A stretch of 64,000 bases of DNA from Sphaerodactylus townsendi (lineage: Eukaryota): NCBI RefSeq assembly GCF_021028975.2, contig NC_059427.1, positions 52,824,001-52,888,000 of the forward strand. Direction: 5' to 3'. Positions 25,310 to 38,500 of the stretch are shown here, piece by piece. Position numbers and translations under genes: made by a program. The notes below the pieces were generated by a model. The model was not told the DNA's origin, made no database searches, and saw only the letters and a program-made list of their open reading frames with translations. Numbering within the stretch: position 1 is the stretch's first letter; every line of letters begins with the position of its first letter.

Positions 25310-26498
25310 CACAACATTCCAGGCTAGGTTTCTGTGAGCAAGGGGGGGGCAGGGTCCTTTCTTGACTGTTCTGGCCTTTGAAGGAGGAATCATGGGGTTC
25401 AGGCCTGACTAGGGTTGCTAGTCTGGGAAATTCCTGGAAATATTGAGGTAGACTTTGAGGAGGGCAGGGTTTGGGAAAGGAAGAGGCATCTCAACTGGAT
25501 ATAATGCCATATAGTCCACCTTCCAAAGCAGCTGTTTTTTCCAGGGAAACAGATGTCTGGAGATCAGTTGTAATTCTGGAAAATTTCCAAGTTCCAACTG
25601 AGGGTTTGCAAACCTAGACAGCAATCTCTGAGTGACTTAATACCACCGTTTGCATGACTCAACCAGGCATAGCTGCTTGTTACTGTCTAACATAAGTCAT
25701 TCTAAGAAAGCTGCCTTATGGTATAGCAGTTACAGCTTCATTGTAGGGTCTGGGAGACCCAAGTTTGAATTCCCATCTTCCCATGGGAGCTCACTGGATG
25801 AATTTAGGTTAGTTATGTACTTTCAGGCCAACCTAACTCACAGGACTGTTGTGTGGATAAAAAAGAAGAAAGTAGAATAATGTAAGCTGCTTTGGTCCCC
25901 ACTGTGGAAAAAGGTGGGGTATAAGTGATGTAAATAAAAATAAATATAGCTGAAGATGGGAGGCAGATAAAAGTGTAAGGCTGAAACCACTCGGACAAAG
26001 TTTACTTAGAAGGAAAACTTTATTGATTTGGCTCGCCCTAGCTACAGGGTGCTGGAACTGAGGATCCAGTCCTCAGTTCCAGCATTTATTGCAGGTTCGA
26101 AACGGCAGTGGTCCAATCACCTCTTCCCCTTTCCCCACCCTTGGCTCTCGTTGGCTGTCACATTCCTGCTTTGGGACCAGGATGGCAGGAACTGGTGCAT
26201 GTTGGGAGTTGTAGTCCTGACAAAAAGGTAGGTTGGTGAATGGCTGAGAAGGAAAGAATGAGACAGGGAATGGGGAAAGGATATGGAGTTTGCCAGGAGG
26301 AAGGAAAGAGAAAACAATTTCCAGGGAATGTAGGGGAAATGAGGTGCCCCTTCACAAGTCATTGAGGGTTCCTTACCATATGAGTGGGCCTGGCCCAATG
26401 GCAAGCATTACACAACTGGGCCATAGTTTTCCTAGGTAGAAGCTGCTGGTAAGGGAGAGGGAAAACTGAAGACAAAAGAGGCAGATAAATGTAGGTAG

Positions 26499-26680
26499 CA
26501 GGGGCAGAGCAAGGGGAAACTGCGCCCAGACCATGAGTGCGCCCCGCGCCCCTGCCATGCCCCTGCCTGCCCCTACCCCACCCCGGAATGCTCCCACCAT
26601 GCTCCTGCCACACCCCCGCACAGGCGTGTTCCCAGGGCTTCACGCCTCCCCCCCACCGCTCCATTGGCACTATGCCACTG
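26499..26680. mobile_element. GC-rich hAT MITE
   Basis: CAGGGGCAGAGC...TATGCCACTG with perfect 8-bp TSD GTAGGTAG. Confidence 0.85.
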
Positions 26681-28509
26681 GTAGGTAGGCTACGTTTAGG
26701 TGGGAAGGAGAGAAAAAGGAAGAGACTATGGGGGCTTTCAGAAAAGGGAAAGAGGAAATTGTTGGTGGGGAAAAATGAAATGCCTTGCACATTTGTAATA
26801 CTATATTAGTGCTTTTAAAAGGACTATAAGGAAGTAGGTGGACCAGGGGAGTCTTTGTGAGGCAAGAAGAAATATTAGAAAACAGTAGATCAACAGGGAT
26901 TCCCAGAGTTCTAAGGAGAAGGGCTGCTCATCACTACATGGCAAGGAAAGCCTCTAAGTCTTCATGCCCAGCAATATTATGAAACTTTACGGGCAACCTA
27001 GATACCTGCTGTAGACCTCTTAAAGACCAACATTTAAGAATTATTGGAATAATAATTTTGCAATCAACAGGGGAGAGTGGTCTAGAAACTGAATAAATAA
27101 AGTGATCATCTTTCTGCTTTGGTCATCTGTACATTTTTGTATTGCTGACAGAGGAGCTGTTGTACATACGAGCAGTGCATTCAATAAACTCTTAATGATG
27201 GATCCTATTGCATAAACACATATAATTCTTGTGTTAAAAACAAGGTCTAGGTTCAAGTTCAGGGTATCTTTCTCTTGCTTCAAGTTCCCACCCAGCAATT
27301 TAAGAACATCACTTAAAATGCTGAGTATTACCTTTGTCTCACCCTCTTATTGATACAAATACGTTTAATTAAAATTGAAAACATACGATATGAACATGAC
27401 TAGATGCTAAGATGTTCTCCAAGTACATAATATTAAGTCCAAGCCCCATTTAGGTATGTACCTCCATGTCATGAAAAGCTTCAGCTGCCCAGTCCACATA
27501 TTAATCCCCTGTTAAAGGAACAGGATACTTTTCTCCAAACCTGTTGGCAACCCTGCTTCGAAATTCAAATTTCATTTTCTCCTCACCATTTAAGTTTGAC
27601 ATGTCCTGACTATTGAGTGGTATTACTTTCTTTACAGAACTTGGACAAATGTAAATTGTGCAACTAAAGTAAAGCAAGTGGTTTTAGCACAGATATGCAA
27701 ATATTCTTGAATTGCATAGTGGATGTACAATGGATGAAATGTAGTTTCATGGTTTCATGCTTCAGCTGAATGTTCTGCAGAGCTTTGTCTTTAGAGTGTA
27801 ACCCAAGTTTTATTGTCGTCGTTTATAATCTATAAATAGAAAAGGGATAACCTCAAGCCGTGATTCAGCACCATCAGAGTATTTTCCGTGGCACAAAAAC
27901 AAAACCCCTCCCCAGTCCAACATCTAATCTTATTCTCAGTCTTGGGGAATGCACAAAGGGTTTAATTGACCTCCACAACCTCTCATTCTGAAATGAGATA
28001 AGAGAGATCGCTCGGTTCACAAAGCATGCACCTGATAATAGCCATGGTCCACAATCCCATATCAAAAAGTACACCTTGTTCATCAATGTATTGTAAATAC
28101 ATATGCCTGATAGTGAGGATGGGCATTGGAACAGGCTGGCCTGGGCCTGTCAACTTTTGCCATTGTAAGTATCCTCAAGTGCAAAACCTAATTAGTTGAG
28201 GCCTTCTTATACGTAACAAAGAGAAACAGGCAATTAATCAGATGGCTAAAAATATTTGGTTCTCAACACGAGACTGGCAAATCACTACAAAAGGGAAGTT
28301 GCGACTTGTACTAAATCACTTAAGAAATTGTTCTCATTCCGTATTGAATGAGGGCATCACTTTTGCTTAAATATATTGTTGTCATTCCAGAAGTATCAGA
28401 ACAATGTCTGATATTTAATATAAACAACAATTAGGACCTTCTCTGTATAGAATGAAAAGGGAGAGGGGGGGAGAGAGAGAGAGAAAGGAAGGTAAGGAAG
28501 GATAATTTT

Positions 28510-29545
28510 ACCGGTCAGCTGTTTGCCTGTGCCTGGATCCCTTTAAATTTAAAAGAGCCAGTACTTTTATTATTTTCTAGTCTAAAATTTAAACGGAAAT
28601 TCTTCTCAAAGACCAGAGGCATCATCTACTGTCTATAAGAAAAGACACCTTCAAACTGAACAGACCCTGCCCATCAGCTTAACAGCCCTGCTACTGACCT
28701 CTTGATATTGGGAGCCATGGTGGGTTTTGTTGGTGGCAGCACTCTAAAGGCCCAGAGAAGCCTGCAATGTGGCCCTGGAGCTGACAGCATGGCTAAAAGG
28801 GTAGATCTTAGTGCCAGTTCAGTGCTGGGGCTGATAGACTTGGCCTCTGGACTTCAGATGCATCAACTCACCTGGAGGCCTGATCTCCCACCCATAGATA
28901 AAGACCGCTCCAAACTGAGAGGAGCCTGCCCATCAGCTTAGTACCCTAACTCCATTGTCCCAAGTTGGGCAGCAAGGTAAGCCCCAGGACGCGTTTGGAA
29001 CCAATGGCCTGGCCACTGGACTACGGAGATCAGCTCTCCATGGGCAATAGACTCCTCATATACCACCCATAGGGCATAACGACTAATAGATCTGCAGTCC
29101 AGAGGCCAGGTCTACCAGCTATCAGCTTTGGCATAGGAGGTTAAGAGCTCATGTATCTAATCTGGAGGAACCAAGTTTGATTCTCCGCTCTGCCGCCTGA
29201 GCTGTGGAGGCTTATCTGGGGAATTCAGATTAGCCTGTACACTCCCACACATGCCAGCTGGGTGACCTTGGGCTAGTCACAGCTTCTCAGAGCTCTCTCA
29301 GCCCCACCTACCTCACAGGGTGTTTGTTGTGAGTGGGGAAGGGCAAGGAGATTGTAAGCCCCTTTGAGTCTCCTACAGGGGAGAAAGAGGGGATATAAAT
29401 CCAAACTCTTCTTTTTCTTTTGTTGGTATTTGAGATTCTTTGACTTTTAAAAGACCACTGTTTTTTCTGAATGTAGACAGTCCTTCCATAGAAAGTAATA
29501 GGCCTTTAAAATTTAAAATGACACAGACAAACAGTTGGCAGGTGC
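28510..29545. mobile_element. Degenerate DNA element with inverted ends, split by a SINE
   Basis: cagctgtttgcctgtgcc..tttaaattt versus aaatttaaaatgacacagacaaacagttg; internal direct repeat (cctgcccatcagctta x2) and inverted repeat (tggcctctggact/agtccagaggcca). Confidence 0.55.
29123..29420 (+). mobile_element. tRNA-derived SINE (Squam3-like)
   Basis: Same family as 10306-10599. Confidence 0.85.
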
Positions 29546-32229
29546 TTTTTCCTTCTTAGCCCCCCGCCCCCAGATTCTTGAATCTGATGTTATTGGGAAT
29601 GATAATGTCAGATTTGCAACTTTAGTTGGATATTGCCAGCCTGACCTGATACTCTAAATATCTAGCATGTTAATGAGTTGGTTTTATCCAGCTATACACC
29701 CCTACTAAATCAGAGTAAGTTGAGGAGGCATCTTTTGTTATGCTGACATGCCTGATAGACTTTGCTTCCGCAAGAGTGGTGACGGCCACTGATTTAGATA
29801 GCTTCCCCGTAGAGAACTCAAATTCTCAGAACTCTCTCAGCCGAAGCAGAAGGCAAAGCTCTTCTGAACATCTCTTGCTTGAATACCTCACAGGTTTGCC
29901 TAAGTCAGCTATTATTTGATGGCGCTTTCCACCTCTCAAGTTGAGAACTCGGCAAATTAATTGAGTTCAGGTCTGTCAGTGGTCACGGTAGCTAACCAGA
30001 AGTTCCACCATCAGAGTCCATGCCACTTCTTAGGGGGCAAACAACTTGGGAAGTCTGTTGACCTCATGCCTGTCAGGAAAATGCCACATGATTACTCATC
30101 CAGAAAACACTATGGAAATATACAGCTCAGGCATCAGGGCCAGTGTCCGCATACGCTAAAACAGGAAAGTTGCCAGGGCTGACTCCTGCTGACCCTCACG
30201 TCTCCTCTGATGCCTGCACCCATGCCCTCCTCCTGCCTGCTTGTGAGAGCTTTGCCAACAATGTTTTATGCTGCCTATGTTGCATGTGGTGCATGCAGAT
30301 TTGGGTGGTGCATGCAGATTTGGCATTCCTGGTGGCCTCCTTCCAGCACCTTCAGGGAAAGGGCATGTGGGCAGCGGGGGCAGCTGTGTCTGCAGGCAGG
30401 TGGCAGAGTTTGTGAGCAGGCAGGAGAATGATGTACAAGCAAGGCGGGGCATGTGGTTGGTAGTGGGCATGGGGAACCTGAATGCTCTCTGCTCAGGGCT
30501 CCCAAAACCTGGAGCTGGTGTGACTGACCTACTCTATAAGGAAAGGGGTAAAACACAAAGTGAAGAAATGGAAGATGAGTTTGGAATGATTAAGAAGACA
30601 ATCAGAACTGGAACACCAATCAGCTGCTGTGAGACCTCAAAGCTGAGCCTCAGCCCCCGCCCACTTCTTGCAGGTAACCTTCTTAAACTTCAGCAGGTAT
30701 GACGCTTTGGGTCTTAACCTCAAACTGGAAGGAAGATCTGCTGACAGAAAGCCCTATTTTTTTCTTTCTCTTTGTTTGCTTAGATTATATTTTCTGTTGA
30801 AAGCTGCTCTGGGTTCTCACTGGAGGGGAAAGCGACATATAAATGCTTAAAGCAAGCTAACCTAAGATCCCCAGTTTTTATTGGATTGTGTGTTCATGCA
30901 TGATACAGAGTGAATTGTTAAAAAGGTAAAATTTCCTTCAAAAATTCCAGTATCTTCACTTTCTATTTAACTCACTCCTGTTGCTATCGTTTAATTGCTG
31001 CTTTCATGCATGTGTATTTCATTGCATTATGTGGATATTTTATCTTGGCTATAATTTTTAATCATAGGTTTTTGTTTGATTTTAATAGTTTTAAAATGCA
31101 TCTTTATTATGTACATTTCGAACCTATTAACTGCCTTTGTGACCCAGATGTGGGCAGAAAGGCAGGGTATAAACTTTGTAAGTAAAACACCTGAATAGGT
31201 TCTAACAACTCTGGAGGAGCAGCACCTATATTGGTAGCCTTTTCCACAGTGAAGACAATTTATTTAATTTCTTCAGCATTTTTTCATTTGCCTCTGAGAA
31301 TATTTTCAACACTTCCTGGTAACAATTCAATGACATCTTTGGGGGATTTCCCCATTCTGGTGTTTGCTTCCAAGTGGTCTGACCAACAGCACAACTCACA
31401 GCAGTTTCTGGATGCAACACAGGAATGTTAAAGATTACCCTTCTCTGGTCAGCTCTAAAACTAACTGTTCTAAGACATGTTTGTTGTATGTAAGCATTTT
31501 GTTCCTCTGTCATGATCTGAATGTAAATTTTCCCAGGTGTTTGAAGAAACAAGAAGTTACTCATTAGTATATTATTCTCTTCTGATTGTTTCCCTGTTTT
31601 GTTTCCATCTCAAAAGCATCATCAGAGTTTTGGTCAGCAGTTCTGGGGCATAGTATTTCCACTCTCCGTGAGAGGCAAATGGAACGTGATATTCAATCAG
31701 ATGTATCCTTATCTGTTTTCATTTGCTGCAGATGCTTCAGGCTTTACCAGAAGATCTGTTTGGAAACGGGAAAGGGGCTTTTCTATCCAAGGTTTTTTCC
31801 CACTAAAATTTGCCAACCCAATGACAGTTTGTCTCTAAAAGTGGATAGGAATGTAAAAACTGCTATATAGGTTCCCATATCATTTTTCTCACAGTGAGGG
31901 GTGGTGACCTGCTTGGGATAGGTAAGGATTATATTAGCAAATAGCTACTGAAGCGGGGAGGGTTTAGAAGTTCCTCTTCCTCCAAATGAGTCTCTTACTG
32001 TACATAGCAGCCTTTGCAGCTGCATTTTGGTGAAAAGGATATATTAGGGGAACATTTCATACAATTCTAGCTTGCCCTGACTTTGTGAAGGAGAGTGTTC
32101 TTGTTAAGTTTACTTGCTGGTTGGGCACTATGCCCTCTTCCACATATGGAGCAACGTAATTCATTCCTGCAGTTTTCCCCCCATATGATAACTTAGGTCA
32201 TTTCTGTTGTTCTTTTCGTAGTTCTTAGA

Positions 32230-32526
32230 TCCAAGGTTAATTATGTCCAACTGGTTCTAACCATTCTGCCTGTTTTCTGTCATGCTGTTTATTTTCTTTC
32301 CATATTAAGCAGTCAAACACCCTACTGCCTTGAGTAATGAGCCTGTTTCCGGAGATTGTCCTTTAGCAACTCAATGACTTTGTGGCAAAGGAGGTGAGGA
32401 GGGAGTGGCGTCTCAAAGATCACAGTCAGGTATTAATAGTGAGCAAAGGGGAGCTCACACTGGTGTAAAGCTGTCCAACAGTCCATGTTGTTAATGCAGC
32501 AGCTGCACATTGTACATCAGGTAAGA
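32230..32526 (+). promoter_or_regulatory. Candidate promoter and non-coding first exon of the SLC26A6-like gene
   Basis: Strong donor CAG|gtaaga at 32520/32521. TATTAATA at 32431, HNF4-like TGACTTTG (32375) and GAGCAAAGGGGA (32441), HNF1-like GGTTAATTAT (32235). The ATG exon has an acceptor at 35337, so an upstream exon is expected. Confidence 0.4.
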
Positions 32527-32759
32527 GTTTCCTTTCTAGCATTCCTCTTAGAAGGTACAATCTCCCTGAAGAAAAACAAATGCTGCTGTGTACAATGAGG
32601 AAAGACTATGTTTTTGCCTAAGGTGTTTTTAAGTGAACACATAACATGTGGAGTAAAATATATAGTGTCATCCTGTTAGACACTTGGGATTAGCACCTGT
32701 TCCCTGTCCAGTGTACATCTGGTGAAAAAAACAGGTCTGTTGTGTAGAGAGAGAATGGC

Positions 32760-33200
32760 AAAGCCCTTATGAACCTGCCAAACCATTTTGAAGGCTTTGC
32801 TTCGGGTGTCCTTGCCTTCAGAGATTAGGTGGGTAGTAATTGGGGACAGAGCCTTTTGGATCATGGCACCAAAGCTCTGGATTTCTCTCCCCAGGAGATT
32901 TGTCAGTCCCCTTCTGTTGCCAACTTCTGCCAGTGGGTGAAGACCTTTTTTTTTGTTTGCTTCATTTGGCATTCCCTCCTTCCTAACTAATGCTTTATGT
33001 TTTGTGTGTACTTTACCTGTTTTATGTGTGTTTCAACTCTGTTTCTAAACTCTTTTTAAAGTTGTTTTAATGAGAAATGTTTGAGATTGAGTTTATTTTA
33101 ATGGTTTTATAATTAATTTTACTGTGTATGTTTTAAATTATTAGCCTTCTTGGTAGCCCTTCTAAAGACAGAAAGGCGGGATATTTTTTTCAATAAATAT
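32760..33200 (+). mobile_element. L2-type LINE 3' remnant
   Basis: DRAFWIMAPKLWISLPRR end of ORF2, T-rich UTR, aataaat tail. Confidence 0.65.
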
Positions 33201-34593
33201 GTAAGAATCCTATACTACTGCCTTGAAGGACAACCAAAATATGTATGTACAAATTGTAAATATATTGTCTTCTACATCACAAGGAGAGATGTTAATATTG
33301 CCACCAGTAAATTATTAATTTTTTGGTTAAGATATAATTACGATTATATAAAATTTATAAGTTTATGGTGTATGCTTTCCCAGGAAATTAATACCAAAAC
33401 TAAATTTACATACTGTTCTAGCAAGCCTATTGTTCATCCTTACCATCCTTTCTGGACCTTAGGACATAAGATACAAATTAAGAATGCCCATGCAGCCTTG
33501 AAATTTTAAAACGAACCCTTTAAAAAAGTTTGCTAAATTGTACATCATGTTACATGGAAATTAAAACATCTTGTCATTATGGAGATTATTAATTCTATGT
33601 GTAATTCCAATGCAGGCCTTCTTGTACACATCCCCAAAAAAAGTCTACAGAGGGAAACCACCCTGGAATAGGGCATGTGTTCCTGCAAACTTTGAGTAAT
33701 TTCCTCATTTGCAGAAAAATATTTAAATGTTGTATGTAAACCTCAAAATAACTTAGGTTGTCTGCACAAGTGTATACAGCAATACGCCCCCACCCCCACA
33801 CACCATGAACAGTCAGTCAAAGGGGTGGGAAAATGCATGGACTGGGGAGCAAAGCGCATGACATTGAGGGAGAGAAATACAAAACTGGAACTGTTGGAGG
33901 GCAATATGCGCAAAGGGGCATCTTGGTAAGTGGGGAAGGCAGTTTTCAATGACAGAGGCTAATGTGTGTTTGGGAGAATTCTGGGGAGGGCAGAGCAGGA
34001 CCAAACCAATCTTTACAGTGTATCAGAACTTTTGTGGGTTTTTAAAAGCAAATATGCAGGTTAAAGAATCTCAGGTAATAGATACTAGGAAAGATCTTTC
34101 TCTGCCTGTGATACTGGAAAGCTCCTGCCACTCACTAAACAATACTGAGCTCTATGGATCAATGGCATACAGCAGGTTCATAGGCTCACAAGGTTCACAC
34201 TATAAACCCAAAATATGTGAAGGTGGCAAATATATTTATTTATTTTGATCTATTGGCACCATCAAGGCAGCTAACAGATTGTTTTTTTAAAAAAATACAT
34301 AATAAAAGCACCTTTTGAAACCGAACAAAAACATATTATTAAAACAATTTAAATCAATCTTAAATATACACAGAAAATATCACAAATACAAATTAAAACT
34401 AGGGCAATAGGGAGGGTTCACTGAGGGAATGCCAGATGAAGTGGGGGGAGTCTTCACCTGCTAGTGTGGAGATGGCAATGAAAGGGAACATTGAAGTCTC
34501 CCTGGATAGAGAATTCCAGCATTTTGGGGGCACACCCGAGAAGACCCTCTCCTGCACTGCCACCCATATAATCTCAGATGGCAGAAGCCCAGG

Positions 34594-34735
34594 CAGGGCC
34601 GGAACAAGGGGGAACTGTGCCTGGGGCACGCGTGTGCCCTGCCCCCCTGCCCACCACACCCCCACCCACCACACCCCACACCGGCGCACGCCCAGTGCAT
34701 TCACACACAACGGCCCCCTTGGCGCTACACCACTG
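34594..34735. mobile_element. GC-rich hAT MITE inserted in an antisense L2 remnant (about 34230-34760)
   Basis: TSD AGCCCAGG/GGCCCAGG; same family as 26499 and 41272. Confidence 0.8.
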
Positions 34736-35381
34736 GGCCCAGGTGCTTGTGAAAGAGGGATTGTTACTGATGCTCCAATACGCTCAGCCATCATACCTCT
34801 GATGTGATTCTGTTGGCTTGTGTCCTCAGATGCTTAAGATCTCTTCAAAAACTGCCTGTCACCACCTTCGGGGATCGGGCGGTATATAAATTGAAAAAAT
34901 AAATAAATAAAATTCAGAGTCAACTTCAGTGCACTTCAGATTATGCCTCTACCTTTGTCCCCTCCTTGATGCCAAGTCTCTCTTTAGATGGCATTCAGTT
35001 GTCAAGGAAGCAAGTGTTCATTATCTCATCCACGCTCTTGACGGGAAAGACGAATCTAAGTTCATGCAAATCAGGAGTGGACGTGACATTATGTTCACTG
35101 TTCTCTTATACGTACCGCTCTACTGAATTCCAGGATTGGCCCAGAAAGAATTTCTCTCCAAAATGCCAGATTACAGCCACATGGCTGTTGGTGGTTAGCT
35201 GACTAGGCTTTGGTTATTTAAATGCTCATTTTCTAATGGTATTTTTAAAAGTGCATGGTAGACTCCTAGGAGGCTTGTTAAAAAAATCTCAAAAGGGAAG
35301 TTGGTGTTCATGGTCCTCCTATCCTTCCCTCTTCTAGTCCTAAAGCCAGACTGCATGTAAGACAGGATCGTTGACCAGGAG

Positions 35382-35512
35382 ATGGAGAAAAATGTGCCGC
35401 AGTGGAACCCTCAGGATGAGCACAGTTTGCTGAGTGAGGCGGAATTAGAGAAGCTGGGCCTGAGAAAACGGGTGCCGCCACCCTCCGTCTGCAGCAGGAT
35501 TCGGAAGATAAG
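35382..35512 (+). CDS. SLC26A6: SLC26A6-like coding exon 1 (acceptor at 35337, ATG 35382)
   Basis: gagATGG Kozak context with in-frame TAA upstream. [43 protein letters not shown]; phase-2 donor fits the next exon. Confidence 0.8.
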
Positions 35513-38500
35513 GTCTGGTGTGTCTGCAACGCAATATGAGAGTTAGTTTGAGGAGGCTGGAAAATCCTTTGAAGGTTTAACCCTCTTCAGTTCATGTGAG
35601 CAGTAAAAGAAGGGGGATGTGTTCAAAGGAATGGTGATCTGACGAGTCTGTGGGGGTGGGGTTGTCTTAAGGCCTGAGGCTTGGACAGAGTGAAATGTTG
35701 GCAAAATATCTCCACACCCACTCTTCTAAAGCTTCTGAGTATTTATTTGTTTGCATGCTTTTACCCCACTAGTCAGTCAAAAATTCACTTTCAAAGAGGG
35801 TCATACTTAGCAAAATCATAAAAGACAATTAAATCAAACACAAAGTGTTCCTTGGACAGTGTAGGTTTGCCAACATGCAGATGGGGCCTAGAGATCTCTT
35901 ATAATTACAACTGACAGAAAGATGACAGAGAACAGTTCCCCTGAGGACTGTCAGTTCTGTGTTTTGGAAATACCTGGAGATTTGGGGGGGGTAGGGTTTG
36001 GAGAGGAGTTTCAGTGGGGTTTTAGGCCAAAGAGTCCCCCTTCCAAAGCAGCTGTTTTCTCCAGGGGAATGGATCTCTATCACCTAGAAAACAACTGTAA
36101 TAGTGGGAGATCTCCAGCCAAAGCCTAGAGGTTGGCAACCCTAGTATTTTGGAAGTGGTCATCTATGGCATTATTCCTCACTGACATCTTTCCTCTCCCC
36201 AGCCCTCAACCTCTCCAAGCTCCACTCCTAAATTGCCATTAGTTTCCCAAACTGGAATTGGCAATAAGGGCAACAGGTTCTCTCCTGGGCTTGATTCAGA
36301 TGTGGTGATGGAGTGCATAGGTGGATCCTGCTCTTTCTGTGATGACACTTTGATAGTGATTGGAAGAAGTGGAGGCTCTCAGCAGACACAGTAGGGTGTG
36401 TCTGACTGCTCAGCAGTCATGGGTTACTACAGCAGGGTTCTAATGCCTACAGTGATTCCCCCATATTTCCTCAAGAAGGTGAGCCTGACATATCTGAAGG
36501 CTGAGTTCCTCTGCATGTCCTGTCACAGAGATTGTTAAAGATGCATAAAATACTGTCCTATCATGATGGTCACAGTCTACAGTTCTTGCTGTTGTAATAT
36601 TACATAAGCTTGGGCTGATGGGTCCTTTGGTACTGAGCCCTGCTCCTGCTAAGATGCTTCATGTGCCCCTCATATGTGTCATTTTTGATCCCTATACTGA
36701 CTAGGCCACACCAGGCCAAATTTATATCACTGCAGTATCCACAGGACCCCATATATAAGTCTTCTGATAATGCTGATGTATCTCCAAGTTAAGCTATCAT
36801 GGGATTTAATTGTTATCCTAAGCGATTTACAGATGACCATATGACAGTGCTATTGTGTAATGATTAAGAGCAGGTAGATTCCAATCTGGAGAACTGGGTT
36901 TGATTCCCCACTCCTCCACCTGAGTGGCAGAGGCTTATCTGGTGAACCAGATGTGTTTCCACACTCCTACATTCCTGCTGGGTGACCTTGGGCTAGTCAT
37001 AATTCTTAGGAACTCTTTCAGCCCCACCTACTTCACAAGGTTGAAGGCCAGCAACCAGCTAAAGAACTGGCAGTTGTGAAATTAACCAGTAATTTTGGGG
37101 CACTTGCTGCCTGCATATGGATTGTTTGACCTATTTCCCAGAAACAGGACTTACCAGCAATTTGGGCATACTTATTCTTTAACCCACAATGAGGATACTT
37201 GAAGCAGCATGCCAAATTTCTCAGGTAGAAGAAAAACTGCCAAGCTTAAATTGAATTAGTCTAAGCTAGCCTTTTATATTTGCATATTGCTGTTAGTGTG
37301 TTGTTTTTATCCAGTGCTATACTATTTTTTTTTCATTCCACATTGAATTGCAGCCTAAAAGTTAGAAAAGTTATTCAAATAGATCAACTGAAAAACTGGT
37401 GGCACTATATCTTCTCTTGTGCTTATAACTCTGTTGGATTTTGTTCTTTGAATGAGGCTGGGGGTTTTTTCTGCCAAGATCCTGTTGGAAAGCCAAAGTC
37501 TTCTCCAGGATAGAAAGATCAGGACCATTGTGGTTAATTAGTGGTCAGAGGATCAACTTCTGTTCTATTACTGGACAAGTTGAACATTACAACAGTCTTG
37601 CAGCAGTAGAATTTAGTCCTTCTCCTTTCAACAAGAAAGCCTACAGAGGGTTTCATGAGAGTTGTTCCTATCTACCTTTTTGAAGTTCAAGGACGGCAGA
37701 CATTTTGTCCTCACAAGTCACAACAACCCTGTAAAGTAGGTTAGGAGTAGAAGCAGTCAAGGTCAAGCAGTGAGAATCATGGCAACCTGGAGGTTTTCCA
37801 ACTTGATCTGTCAGAATGATCACCACTATACCACACTGTCTTTGCATGCATAGGATTTTCACAGAATCCCAAGTGGTCTTTCTAATGTGAGAGCCAGGTC
37901 TCTGAGCCTAGTTCTGCATCCTCATAACATGGCTCAGTTAGAAAACATCCCTTATTCCTCAACATGCCTTTCCTTATCTGTTTTCCAGGTGTTCAGGTTC
38001 AACTGCAAAGTCCTTGCTCTATCGGCTGCTCCCCATCCTGACTTGGTTACCACGATACCCAGTCAAAGAATGGCTGCTAAAAGACATAATCTCAGGATTC
38101 AGCGTGGGAATCATGCATCTTCCCCAGGGTAAGTTATCTGGAACCCTATCGGTTGCTTTCTTGAGGATAATATTGGCCCCTTCCAGAAATTTTCAGTTTA
38201 CTTTTTTAAAGTAAGTTTGTGGAGCATGTTGGTACCAACGACAGTGGGGAAATGTAGTTGTGTGGTCCTTTTAGGTTACCAGGTAGAAAGTTAAAGGCCA
38301 GTTCCTCAAAGCATTCTCAGAAGTGCTACCAGTTCTGCAAGCAGGGCCTACTACATAGGCACAAATTCGTAGTTTCAGCACATAAATGAGGAAGTGGTGC
38401 TAGTTTGGATTTGTTAGGAACTGAGGAACTTTCTGGGACAAGCTGAATGTGTTGTTTTTTTTAAAAGGCAGGCTTCACTTAAACAGAAGGAAACCAGACT

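Noticed and set aside
30143-30702. Overlapping 90-144 aa ORFs on both strands
   Set aside because: Composition-driven open frames without domain similarity or consistent splice sites
31731-31790. Possible plus-strand exon (cag|MLQALPEDLFGNGKGAFLSK|gttttt)
   Set aside because: Weak donor, no homology, and cannot be joined in frame to the SLC26A6-like ORF because of the stop before 35382
20657-35337. TMEM89 or another gene between UQCRC1 exon 3 and the SLC26A6-like ATG
   Set aside because: No ORF or exon with recognisable similarity; listed ORFs fall in LINE, MITE or low-complexity sequence
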